Origin: Octopus vulgaris
Taxonomy: Eukaryota
Assembly (NCBI GenBank): GCA_951406725.2
Contig: OX597822.1
Coordinates: 112,716,001-112,780,000, forward strand
DNA length: 64,000 bases
Direction of reading: 5' to 3'
A program made the translations under genes and the position numbers. Every line of letters starts with the position of its first letter. Positions within the stretch are counted from its first letter, which is position 1. Positions 23,540-36,181 of the stretch are shown in pieces. The notes beneath the pieces were generated by a model. It saw nothing but the letters and a program-made list of their open reading frames with translations. It was not told the DNA's origin and did not search any database.

Positions 23540-24083
23540 CCACATCAAAGCGGCTGCTCCAGTTTAGCCCCAGGCAAATCTTCCAGTTGGTTATCAGTGT
23601 GGCTCTGCACCCTGTGTATACATATATACTGCTAGCAGGGAGAGTGAACTCCTACCATCCTCTAGCAGACAACAAGACCACGAGACTGACTCAGTTTTCA
23701 GGTGGTTGGCTCATCTTCCATTATGAGTACCTGGTCACCAGAGCAATAGTTAGGGTCCGCTCCAGCCAGCAATATATTGTAAACAAAGTGACCTTCAGTC
23801 ACTGACTTTGCATAATCTCAAAAAGAAATCGTCACATCAAAGTGGCTGTTCCACATTACTACTAGTTTAACCCTAGGCAGATCTTCTGCCAGCTGGTTAT
23901 CAGTGCAGCACTGCATGCTGTATATACATATATATTGTTAGCAGGGGGTGCACACCTCTATCATCCTTTAACAGACAAGAGGATCCCGAGACTAACTCAA
24001 CCAGCTTGAAACTGAGTCAGACTCGTGATCCTGTTGTCTGCCAGAGGATGGTAGGGGTTTGCTACCCAGCTAGCAATATCATC

Positions 24084-24142
<59 letters not shown>

Positions 24143-24435
24143 CCTGTTATTATTATTATTGTTTTTTTGTATTATTTTTGTATTTATATTCGTGTAACAT
24201 CGTCCATTTTTCCGTCCTTGTTTCGTATACATTTGAAGCTTTTTTTCCAAGGAATCTAATGTTCTTAGCTTAGTTTTTCCTTGGGGCTGGCCAGATTGGA
24301 GTAATCTCAAGGTTAATCAGCCGAAATTGCGAGGATGATCCGGTTCTTGACTGAAGATTAAAGGCTTCGAATGACCCGTCTGTGTTTTTTGTATTGTCTA
24401 TCTGGATGTTTTGCGTTCTTGTCCCATTTTGTATT

Positions 24436-24468
<33 letters not shown>

Positions 24469-24556
24469 TAGGGTGCAGTACTGCACCAATAGCCAGCTGG
24501 TGGAAGATCTACCTGGGGTTAAACTAGTAGTAACATGGAACAACCACTTTGATGTA
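23540..24556. repeat. Three copies of a ~165-bp unit (two direct, one inverted and interrupted)
   Basis: Direct copies at 23540-23702 and 23832-24003; the inverted copy is 24003-24085 plus 24468-24556. Confidence 0.7.
24145..24437. mobile_element. TA-embedded element homologous to 215-339
   Basis: Shared GGATGATCCGGTTC..GACTGAAGATTA..GGCTTCGA..GACCCGTCTG sequence. Confidence 0.6.
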
Positions 24557-26146
24557 GTGAGTGAATGTACGAGTGTGTGAGTGTAAATATATATATATTA
24601 TAGTGAAGGGACATGACCTTGCGTTAAGCTGCTGGATGTACAAACATAAGATTGTGGCTTCAATTCCTGAAACCAAGTGGCTTGTTTTGCCCTTAAACAA
24701 GGCAGAATGTTATACGAAATAATGACAATGGTGTATATTGATCTAGGTAAGATAATCCTGTATTTATTATAGTTATGTTATTAGATTTGCATGGTTAGTA
24801 TTTTTTAAATAAGAGTTTCTGGAGACTGTGTGTATGTGTAGCTACTGTACTGGGCGAATTACATGACCGTGTAGAAACTCACAGCTACCTGAGTGTACCT
24901 GCTGGCTTTGATTTACATAGGTATATGGTTAAATGCTTTAGAAGTATCAACAACTTCACATTTTCTATTTCCTTTCCTCTGAGAATATATCAACGAAGAA
25001 AGAAATCATTACTAACGAGACTGGTGTTGGTGTGCACTCGACTGGAAAGATTTCCACAAAGTTTTGTGAATTTGATACGAGACAGAGAGAGGAAGAGAGT
25101 GAAAATCAAAAAGGTTTATGTTCTATTGTGATAATACTTGAATCATAGCTGCATAAAATAACCTATTGTCAAACAGACACAACTATCTGTTTATCAGAGT
25201 AGTTTATGATTTCTATTTAGTAATGGTTTCAGATTTTGGCACAAGGCCAGCAATTTTAGTGGAAAGTAGGTTAGTCAATTGCATCAAGTTCAGTGTTCAA
25301 CCAGTACGTTTTTTTTATTGACCCTGAAAGGATGAAAGGCAAAGTCGACCTCGGAGGAACATGATTGTGTGAGGGTCAGGTCTTTTTCAAGAGCATTGCC
25401 ATTAAATGAAATATCTTTGAGAAGGAACTGAAACAGTAGTTTGACCTGATTGCTGGGCGCTTACATTAAATGTACTCAATAAGGGAAATAAGGGAGTACA
25501 TAGTCAGAACATTTTACTTTGGAATTCAATGAAGATATGTGTGTGCTTATAGCATCTAAGTTTAATCTCATATTTTTAGTTTGTAAAACTTCATTTCCTT
25601 CACAGACTCAATGGTGCAAGTTCTGACACCATTATTTCCTGACAAACAATCCTTATACAAGTGACTTATTTATTTTCACAACAAAATAATTATAATTAAG
25701 CTCTCCTTTGCTTATGGAAAATGTTTTAAACATGTGATCATATATAAATCTTGAAAACTGATGCATTCTGCCATAGTGATTTAGAAGAACCAAAGCAGTG
25801 TGTTTGATTTATTTCAAAGCCACCACAATTAAAGTGAAGGACAGAAAGTAGTCATCTTCAAACCAGAGAACTGGCCTAAATATTTGCAACAGAGTGGACT
25901 CCCTGATAAACAAGCTCAAAAGTCAACTGGTAGTGGAGTTAAACCATGAGAGTGATTTAGTCTACATCTCAGAAATATTTTCTATTGTAGCTACTGAGAT
26001 AACCAATATCTTTGAAGTGGAATTTGGTAGATGGAAAAGATACAGAAATCTGTAGTGTGTCTGCATATGTGTTTGTGTGTGTTTTCATATCTGCTTGTAT
26101 TAAATATTAAAAGAAAATAGTTCTGTAAAATTCTTTTATGGAAATA

Positions 26147-27056
26147 CAAGGTGTCCATAAAGTCCCTCTACAATTTAAAAAAATTATTACAAAGGCAGTT
26201 GATGAGATATTTTAAGCAGATTTCTTTTATTTTAATAATTGTTTATTAAAGTTTTTATTGATATTAAATTTTTGTATTTCAGATACCTCTGTTGATGGAA
26301 GGGAACTGATTCACTGAACCCCTGTAAAATGGCTACTCCTCATGAAAAGGTACAATGTGTATCCTGGTTTATTGAGACAAAATCGGATGTTCAGACAATG
26401 TGAGAATCTGAGGATCAGAAGACTCCCATGTGACTAGGGGATTCAACGGGATAGTCCAAAAGGGAATGTGTGGTGTGAAATCATGTGCAATCGAATAATT
26501 GGTCCATTTTTCTTCAACGAGGCAACAATTGCTGCAGATGTTTACCTTGACCTTCTGACCGAATATTTGGCACCACAACTGATTGATTTACAACCAACCA
26601 TCATTTTCCAGCCAGATCGTGCACCACCACACTGGGGACGGCATGTTCATCAGTTCCTCAATCAAGCATTTCCAGACCGATGGATTGGAAGGGATGGGCC
26701 AAGTCCATGGCCACTGCGTTCACCAGATGTCACTCCCTTGGACTTCTTTTTATGGGGTTGTGTAAAAGATATCATGTATTAAACAAAGATACGGGACATT
26801 GCTGACTTGAAGCAAAGGATTCGTAATGCCATTGCCACAGTTGATGAGGCTATCCTACAGCGAACATGGCAAGAAATCGAGTACCGTCTTGATGTGCTTC
26901 GTGCAACTAATGGTGCCCATACTGAGGTCTATTAAATAACAGCTAAAAAAACTTTAATAAACAATTATTACAATAAAACAAATCTGGTTAAGATATCTTG
27001 TCAACTGCCTTTGTAATAAAATTTTAAAATTGTAAAGAGACTTTATGGACACCCTG
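26147..27056 (+). mobile_element. Tc1/mariner superfamily DD41D (rosa/VS-type) element, internally deleted
   Basis: TA TSD; TIRs CA(A/G)GGTGTCCATAAAGTC.CT.TACAATTT. The transposase fragment FQPDRAPPHW...WPLRSPDVTPLDFFLWG has 41 residues between the last two catalytic Asp. Confidence 0.9.
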
Positions 27057-27577
27057 TATTTTAACATTGTGATTTTCTTTTTACTGCTTGTATGTTTACA
27101 TTTACATAGCTCTAATTTCTGGCGGTGGTGTTTATGTTGTGTAGCTTTATACCCTTTAACATTCGCAGTTAAATACAAAATGATGAAAGAAGAACTGGAG
27201 TCAGTCTATTTGAGCAAAACTAAATGGTGCCCCAGCATGACCAGAATGTTAGTTAACTGAGGATAACAGAATGACAAAGTTGTACATTTACTTTCCAAAT
27301 AAACAATGTCTGTTTTACAGTGCTTTGGCATTCCAGAGATGTTAGTTTAGTCAGAATTTCAAGTATGTCATTGATTAAAATATTTTTTTAAACTGAGTAA
27401 ATGGATAAAGGATTTTTTGAACCCCAAACAAAGGGTGGTTGAAGTAAGAGAGTACAAATTGTTTAACAAAAATGTTTCTGATAGTTTCCTTATGGTAGCA
27501 TAGATTTTCTGAAAAACAAAAGCGGATTTTACGCAACTGAGGAACAATGCTGAAGTTAACTAAACTCAATGTTTATT

Positions 27578-28024
27578 ATCATCATCATCGTTTAACGTCT
27601 GCTTTCCATGCTAGCATGGGTTGGACAAATGACTGAGGGCTGGCAAACCAGATGGCTGCACCAGGCTCCAATCTTGATCTGGCAGAGTTTCTACAGCTGG
27701 ATGCCCTTCCTAATGCCAACCACTCCGAGAGTGTAGTGGGTGCTTTTATGTGCCACCGGCACGGATCCAGTCAGGCAGTACTGGCAATGACCTCACTCGA
27801 ATCTTTTACACATGCCACTGGCACAGGTGCCAGTAGGGCGATGCTGGTAACAATCACACTCGAATGGTGTCTTTTACGTGCCACTGGCACAGAGGCCAGA
27901 TAGTCGCTCTGGCAATGATCGCGCTTGGATGGTGCTCTTAATACCCTACTAGCACGGGGCTCGAGTGCCAGTAGTGCGACACTGGTAACGATCACACTAA
28001 GATGGTGCTCCTTAAGGCACCATC
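27578..28024 (-). mobile_element. Family D (variant modules)
   Basis: (CAT)n, body and modules. Confidence 0.85.
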
Positions 28025-28680
28025 ACAACCAATATTGTCCTCAGTTCTATTTTGTTCTCAGTTTGCAAACTTATCTACCAGGATACATTTTGATGATAAA
28101 CAAAGCTGTGCACCACTGCATGACTTTTAGAAGTTGCCAATCTCTACAGAAATCATTCTATTGTCATGTAATGAAGAGTCCTTAAGGTAACCTTGACATT
28201 TTTTAATGATTTTGCAGGTCATTTAGTCATAATCCATTTTGATCTATCAATATATTATCTCTGATACATCTTAATGTATTTGCATCTAATTTTCATCATT
28301 TTTTGTCACTTAAATGTTTGTAATCTGTTCAAAGATACTAGTGGAATTCATCTGACCATTATTGAATCAAGAAAACCGAGTAATTGTTTGTTATATAGTA
28401 AACATGAGTGTCATCTGCTTGAAATGATAAAAGGAGATAGACAAAAATGGCTCCACCTAACTGCATCAATGCCCATGGGAACATTAAGCCTCAGCAATGC
28501 ATGCACACAGAGTAACAATGCTTCCACTGTTGACAGCAATGAACTGTATCAAATTTTATGTTTGTAGCTGTATATATAGTAATGATACAGTGGTAGAAAG
28601 TCCTTGGTCATTATGAAATATCTTTGTGTCAGATCAGATCAAAAATGAAATGCTACAATCAGTCCTCTAAATGAGAGGTA
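28022..28680 (-). pseudogene. Possible degraded bunyavirus-like L polymerase fragment (endogenous viral element)
   Basis: Manual translation with stops and frameshifts gives TQRYFIM, IDAVRWS, GNF*KSCSxVHS and GCD, in the order of RdRp motifs G/F, A, B and C. Confidence 0.4.
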
Positions 28681-29137
28681 CCTATTTCATAGTTGGGTTG
28701 TCGGTGACAAAACTGGCAACAATATTGTAGGGTTCACATACTGGTTTGTTGAGAGTCGATTGGGCACAGACTACAAAATACAATACCCGTCAATAACAGA
28801 TCAACTAAACAAGGAGTTTACTGCCATTTATGGAATACCTCTTCATTTATATATTTGATAAAGGTTTGAGAGACAATACCTACATCCAGGGGTCTCTCTC
28901 AGACACATTAATTTTGCCTTTCCTCTGACCTAAGGAGACTCAACCAAAAAAAGCTTCTTCGTAAGTGTAAGGATCACTTTGAGGTAGCTAAAAAAATAAA
29001 ATCAATCCTAGCTAAGATTATCATCTCATCTTAACCATTGTACAAACTGCGGATAAGTAATGCTGCTCCTGTCACCTTGTACTTATAGAATACAATGGCA
29101 CATGAATATGTAATCATTATATTCTTTAAGATAAATG

Positions 29138-29734
29138 AGGTAAGAAGCTTGCTTCCCAACCACATGGTGCCAGGTTCAGTTCCACTGCATGGCATCTTGG
29201 ACAAGTGTCTTCTACTATATATTTCTTTTACTACCCACAAGGGGCTAAACACAGAGAGGACAAACAAGGACAGACAAACGGATTAAGTCGATTATATCGA
29301 CCTGAGTGCGTAACTGGTACTTAATTTATCAACCCCGAAAGGATGAAAGACAAAGTCGACCTCGGCGGAATTTGAACTCAGAACGTAACGGCAGACGAAA
29401 TACAGCTATGCATTTTGCCTGGTGTGCTAACGTTTCTGCCAGCTCACCTCCTACTATTATAACCTCAGGCTGACCAAAGCCTTGTGATTGGATCTGGGGG
29501 ACGGAAACTGAAAGAAACCCATCGTATATATGTGTAACCCTAACCCTAACCACTTAATAGTGTTGGTGTGTTTACATCTCCATAACTTAGAAGTTCAGCA
29601 AAAAAGATGGCGGGAATAAATACTAGGCTTTAAAAAAAAATAAGTCCTGGGGTCGATTTGTTTGACTAAAACCTTTGAGGCAGTGCTCCAGCATGGCCAC
29701 AATCAAATGAATGAAGCAAATGAAGGAATAAAAT
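29138..29734 (+). mobile_element. SINE family A with a nested family C monomer (29221-29451, minus)
   Basis: Family A is interrupted at TACTAT by an inverted family C copy. Confidence 0.85.
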
Positions 29735-29791
29735 AACCAGGGAAACAGAATTTAGTGGAGTATGAACCATCAACCTTTCAGTATGTAAACA

Positions 29792-30187
29792 GGCGCAGGA
29801 GTGGCTGTGTGGTAAATAGCTTGTTTACCAACCACATGGTTCCGGGTTCAGTCCCACTGCGTGGCACCTTGGGCAAGTGTCTTCTACTATAGCCTCGGGC
29901 CGACCAAAGCCTTGTGAGTGGATTTGGTAGACGGAAACTGAAAGAAGCCTGTCATATATATGTATATATATATATGCGTGTGTGTGTGTTTGTCCCCCTA
30001 GCATTGCTTGACAACCGATGCTGGTGTGTTTATGTCCCCGTTACCTAGCGGTTCGGCAAAAGAAAACGATAGAATAAGTACTGGGCTTACAAAAAGAATA
30101 AGTCCCGGGGTCGATTTGCTTGACTAAAGGCGGTGCTTCAGCATGGCCGCAGTCAAATGACCGAAACAAGTAAAAGAGTAAAGAGAG
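29792..30187 (+). mobile_element. SINE family A
   Basis: Full-length homology. Confidence 0.9.
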
Positions 30188-31023
30188 GTATACTACTGCC
30201 TTCAACAACCCTATCTTGAAGTAGATTACAAAGAATTATATTCCTGTCCCAGGTACTGAACTTTATTCATGGGTAAGACGGCTATCAGTCAGCACAAATC
30301 GTTACGTCTATAATTCAGTTTAAACCAGATAATTACATTCTTTAGCAAATTCTCCTTGTCTGAAAGTAAATACTCTTATTTCCTCCCACATTGCTACACT
30401 CTCTCCTTTGGGTGATTGTCTTGTCACTGTCTTCCACATTCATGTTAACATTATCTAATCTGGCTCTTTTACCACAAGCTACCAGTGTTTGCTCAACAGC
30501 TTTGGCCAAACAAGTTTTAATCTGTTGTTTTAACAATTGTTCCGACAGAGTAGACAAGCTAAATTTATCCATTAAAAATTCTTCACGTTTCTTAATACTC
30601 TTTTAGGTTTTTATTTATTTTCCTACAGTTAAATCAATTGTAGCTGTATCTTCAAACTTTCCTTTCTCAGCTGATAGATTAGTGCTATAAAATGGGACAA
30701 AATCAATCATTATGGTCTTCACAGAGAGAAAACTCAGCTCTGTTGAACCCCTGATGAATGTAGCTTGCTAATTTTAACAAATAACAATGATAAGAATGGT
30801 TTCAAATTTCGGCACAAGGCCAGCAATTTTAGTGGGAAGTGGTTAGTTGATTACATTGCTTCCAGTGTTCAACTGGTACCTATTTTATTGACACAGAAAG
30901 GACGGAAGGCAAAGTCAACCTCAGCAGCATTTAAACTCAGACTCCGAAGCTGGAACAAATGCTGATAAGCATTTTGTCTGGAATGGTAATGATTCTGCCA
31001 TTAATAAATAACACCATCGTACA

Positions 31024-31437
31024 GGCGCAGGAGTGGCTGTGTGGTAAGTAGCTTGTTTACCAACCACATGGTTCCGGGTTCAGTCCCACTGCGTGGCACC
31101 TTGGGCAAGTGTCTTCTACTATATCCTCGGGTCGACCAAAGCCTTGTGAGTGGATTTGGTAGACGGAAACTGAAAGAAGCCCGTCGTATATATGTGTATA
31201 TAAAGGCGAAGAGTTGGCAGAATCGTTAGCACGCCGGGTGAAATGCTTTGAGGTATTTCGTCTGCCGCTACGTTCTGAGTTCAAATTCCGCCGAGGTCGA
31301 CTTTGCCTTTCATCCTTTCGGGGTTGATTAAATAAGTACCAGTTATGCACTAGAGTCGATATAATCGACTTAATCCGTTTGTCTGTCCTTGTTTGTCCTC
31401 TCTGTGTTTAGCCCCTTGTGGGTAGTAAAGAAATATA

Positions 31438-31485
<48 letters not shown>

Positions 31486-31680
31486 CATATGTTTGTCCTC
31501 CCAACATCGCCTGACAACCAATGCTGGTGTGTTTACGTCCCCGTAACTTAGCGGTTCGGCCAAAGAGACCGATAGAATAAGTACTAGGCTTACAAAGAAT
31601 AAGTTTTGGGGTTGATTTGCTCGACTAAAGGCGGTGCTCCAGCATGGCCACAGTCAAATGACTGAAACGAATAAAAGAGT
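31024..31680 (+). mobile_element. SINE family A with a nested family C monomer (31204-31434) in its TA tract
   Basis: Homology to both families. Confidence 0.88.
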
Positions 31681-34133
31681 ACCATTTGTATTCGTTTGTA
31701 ACGACCTCTAACTTTCATCATTTAAGATTCATATTGTTGATTTATTATTCATTTATTTAACTATGTGAGGAGAAAAAACAGGTTTAGGAATGCTTATTTA
31801 TATTAAAAAAATCAACACTCTGGTGAATTAATAAATGACATTAAAAAAAATCCCAATTAATGGTAAATTACCTCCAACATCTAAACAAAATTGAAGAAAT
31901 ACTAATTTGCCATACAGAGTTAAGTGTTCAAATTCTTGAGCGATTCCAACTTATTTAGATCTTAATAGCAAAGAAAACTAAAAGTAAAGGTGTTCAAAAG
32001 GCAATAACATATGTTTTGATATGGTCTGGGAGTTCTGACGAATTTATTTTATCGAATTTAATTTATGAGAAATGTTGAAGTGGTCAAGGTGTAACTGACC
32101 ACTTCGACAATAACACCATGATAAATATTTTAAAGCAATGCATCCTGTCATAGCAGTTAAGACTATTCCTTTGATAACCGTGTTATTTCACGACAATGAG
32201 AAAATTCGTGTTTGAACAGGTGTGACAAAAAGCACCAAAAATAAACAAAAAGACAAAAAAATCCCGGAAATCTTCAAAGTTTGTTCAGTCATTTATCATA
32301 AGGTTACATTTTTCATAAGGTTAGTTTAACCTTTGATATTATAAAAACCGATACCAGTAAAGAAGAGAGTCGTAATCATTGTTCAGAAGATCGGTTCGTG
32401 TCGACATTGGTTTCGATTCAACGATATTTTCTTCCGATAACAGTCTGAAGGTGTAATTAAGAGATCGCTGCTAAAATAGGAGGAACTTGACACCAAAAAT
32501 ACGAGACAGCACGTGTGTGAATGCGTGTCCCCTCTCCTTCTGTCTACATATTGATTATTTATTCGATGATATGGAGAGGTAGTGGTGGTGGGTAGGAGGA
32601 GGAGGACAATTCCAGTGTTTTGATGGTGTTATTTTAGAAAGAAAAAAACTAAGGTCAGAAATAGACTGCATTCCTAGAAAAGGATGTTAAAAATGGTAAT
32701 ATGGTGAGAATATGAATTGTGAAGGAGGTCGAGTTAAGTAAATAAATACACGTGCATCTGTGTGTGATGTACAGCAACATGCAACCTTAGAAGGCAACGA
32801 TGCTGTATCAATACTGCAGAGCACGCATTTATACGAACGAGAGACTCACGTGTACCTAGCATCTCTCTCTCTCTCTCCTCTTTCTCCTTTACATTTATAG
32901 TCTGCTATTGACATAAATATATGCACAAGATCTAGGTGAAGCATTACAGATTTTAGTCGTAGTATCTCAAAAGAAATGAACGGTCGTAAGATAATCATCG
33001 AACTGTCTATGGTAACACCAACTTGACACCGCCCCAGGACATATGACCTTGCTGTTGGTGACATGTCACCGTCTTATGAAACTATAGCTACGTCTAACAA
33101 ATGAAGATATAATTCTAAAAAAAAAAAACCTCGGTTAGCGAAATAGCAACCACAACTGCATCCCTCCACAATCGTATCCGCTTATTTATTGTTTTCAAGT
33201 CTACATTTGTGATCGTTATTCAAGTCTTTCAATAAAGGCAAGGTGTGCCACTTTAAGTGACTGACTATTAAAGAGTTAGGCGCCCAAATAAACGTTTTGT
33301 TTGAAATTTTCACACACACACACACACACACACAAACAAAAAAAGAACGTCAACAAAAGCGATATTTTAAATGCTTTTTTTCCCTTTCAACATAATGATA
33401 TTATAGTCCCAAGAATATTTGCTATAAAATTAACGGAATTTGTTGGAATTTATTTATAAACAAAACTGATTTTACAACAAAAATATAACGAATTGAGTGA
33501 ATTCAACAGTTGCCAAATAATTCTAGCCTCACAATCAATGCTTGCAGTATTCAAACTTGAATGAGTTCCATATTAATTAACAGCATTATTAATTAAATAA
33601 GTTTGCTTTTTTTTTTTACATGCAGGAGTTTCACTAGTTAAATTGTCAAGACCATTTCCGTAGAGGTCAGCTGGATGGGCCAGCTGTAGGAAGAATACAA
33701 TGGTAAGGCCTTTTTGCCATCATAGCCTAAATATTTTTACTTCAACCTGGCTAGCAAACAGCGGAGATAAACTTTGAACCAATAAACTAAGCAGGTGTCT
33801 ACCTATGCATGCTTTTATATGTAAATACTTCCTTAAAAACCTGTATTTCGACAATCATTGAAATGGGCATTCAAACTTGAAATGATATTCTGAAAGTTAC
33901 GACATTGAAACCCACCCGAATTAAATTAGAGATTTCCATTCGCTATGAATGTCGAGTAAATTACCTGTTGCAACATAAAAGAATTTCGATAATAGTCGTA
34001 TAAAATAAATCATTAATAAAACTATTTTGGAGTCCAGTTGTTTTCTCTGGAAACCACTCTTTAACTTAGAACAAAAGAAAGAAAAGAAATGGAGGAATGT
34101 CACTCGATAGTAATACAAGTTCAATGAACTTAC

Positions 34134-34231
34134 CTAGTTTTTAAATTGTCCATAAAGCTATCCAACGTGAGGTCGGATAGTAAAACAAAATCCCCGATTC
34201 CATATTCGGGTCCCTCGTGAATTGCTGCCAT
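34134..34231 (-). CDS. MYO1D: First coding exon of unconventional myosin ID (Myo1D/Myo31DF-like)
   Basis: ATG at 34231 in AGTATGG context. 98 nt encode MAAIHEGPEYGIGDFVLLSDLTLDSFMDNLKT(R), followed by a canonical AG|GTAAGT donor (phase 2). This matches the Myo1D/1G N-terminus (human MYO1D from memory: [32 protein letters not shown]), with the intron in the same Arg codon. Confidence 0.88.
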
Positions 34232-35200
34232 ACTTCTGTTGGGTGGTTTTTGTGTCGACAGAGACGACAACACTTATGTCACTGGGTGTATATTAGTTGT
34301 GAAGTTAGCTCGGCCAAGTTGGGACAGCTCAGGCAGGTGCCCGAGCCAAATATGAATAATTTCCTTTTTCTTTAGAGATATATCGTGTCGTAAGGAGACA
34401 GCTGTCGTTTTCTGCAAACTGGTAGTGCCATGCTACTTTGAATGGGAAATGAAAATCAGTGAACACGGCAACAGCGAAGAAGTAATAACATCGAATGCTT
34501 CGCTGGCGGTTGGAGAGGAGGGAAGAGGAAGAAAATATGGGCGGAATGCTGCAACTACTATTATCAAAGTAACGGAGCCTCGGAGACAGGGGCTTAGCTT
34601 CAATATAACAGTTGACTGGACTGATAGTGAAGGTTGGCTTGAGTTACGGTGGAAATATGCGAGTGTGGGCGTGACTGTAGGGATAGTGAGAGAGAGAGAA
34701 AAGAGAAAAGAGAAGTTTCAATTATCAGCATTGAAAAAGGATATAGAATAAAGAAGGAGGGAAAAAAAAAGAGAGTATAAGGGAAGGAAAGAAAACAGAA
34801 AGAATCACACACGCACACACAAACAAAAGTGTCAAGAACGATGAAAGAAACTAAACAGGAAGAAAAGAGCGGAGGAAAGAAAATGGTTAAAATGTAATAC
34901 GGAATGAAAGAAAGGCGGAGTAGAAAGAATGAATGAATGAAACGGCCAAGAAAAAATAACATTTACGACACTTGAAATGTTGTTCTTTTATTTATCGTGT
35001 TAGATTTACAAGCGACATATTTGGTTTATTCGAATTACATACTTGTGACTCAAAGCTGACCATTTTCTAGAACGTATGACAGTTAAGCTACACTTTTACA
35101 CATGAAAGCAATAACCATCACCGCCGCCACAGCAGCCGCAGCCGTAGTAACACCACCTCTGCAATCTCCCCGCCACCCGCCTCTACCATCATGATGCATT
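34232..35200 (-). promoter_or_regulatory. Putative 5'UTR/promoter region of Myo1D
   Basis: Repeat-free, CpG-retaining unique DNA directly upstream of the ATG, with a long polypurine/polypyrimidine tract (34680-34960) and GCC/ACC-rich triplets (35115-35190). The TSS cannot be located. Confidence 0.45.
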
Positions 35201-35318
35201 CACTTTGCTTTATTTTCTTCTGTTTTCGTTTAGCTTTACACATTCAAATCAGTTTTTTTTGTGTGCACATGTCTTGAATGTTGAATGTCCTTCCGAGTAT
35301 AAACTACAACGTCGCAGC

Positions 35319-35497
35319 GAGTGACATTGGAGAGGAGATCTTCGGTAAACTCGGCTAGAGCCAAGAAATCGTATCGGTGCCATTTAGGAGGAACTCGAGC
35401 TAATAAGGGGCATAATTGTTTAAATTCTGTTTCCATCGCATTGAAAGGCTGTAAAATTAAGGAAGATAATGATATAATTGTCAGGATGGGAGAGGTT
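35319..35497. repeat. ~178-bp direct duplication, copy 1
   Basis: Highly similar to 37666-37842. Confidence 0.85.
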
Positions 35498-35779
35498 CCG
35501 AGTATAAACAGGTGGTGCCTGCTTTTACCGTAAGTGAAGCATCAAGTGTTGTCCTTAATATAAACACAGAACGCTGCATCTGCGAGGATATCGATCGCAA
35601 AGGCTTCGATCAGCTGAAGATGATTGGCGTATTTAGCCGTTTCTGCTTCATGATTGAATTCTCTTGAAGTGTTGCACAATAAATACTCAGTTCTAAGCCC
35701 ACCAATATTACTTGAATATGAGCGAAGATGCTTTTAGTTTTAGAGAATGCGGAAAGTATCAGTACACTGCTTTGAGATA

Positions 35780-36181
35780 AGGCGCAGGAGTGGCTGTGTG
35801 GTAAGTAGCTTGTTTACCAACCACATGGTTCCGGGTTCAGTCCCACTGCGTGGCACCTTGGGCAAGTGTCTTCTAATATAGCCTCGGGCCGACCAAAGCC
35901 TCGTGAGTGGATTTGGTAGACGGAAACTGAAAGAAGCCCGTTGTATATATGTATATATATATATGTATGTGTGTGTGTCTGTGTTTGTCCCCCTAGCATT
36001 GCTTGACAACCGATGCTGGTGTGTTTATGTCCCCGTTACTTAGCGGTTCGGCAAAACAGACCGATAGAATAAGTACTGGGCTTATAAAAGAATAAGTCCC
36101 GGGGTCGAGTTGCTCGATTAAAGGCGGTGCTCCAGCATGGCCGCAGTCAAATGACTGAAACAAGTAAAAGAGTAAAAGAGT
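35780..36181 (+). mobile_element. SINE family A
   Basis: Full-length homology. Confidence 0.9.

Larger units (their letters stand above)
1..34133 (-). other. Probable first intron of Myo1D (over 34 kb, runs off the window)
   Basis: Donor at 34133. No exon encoding the expected next motif (F..G.IYT.IG.V..SVNPY) was found by eye. The region is CpG-depleted, as expected for a methylated gene body. Confidence 0.6.
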
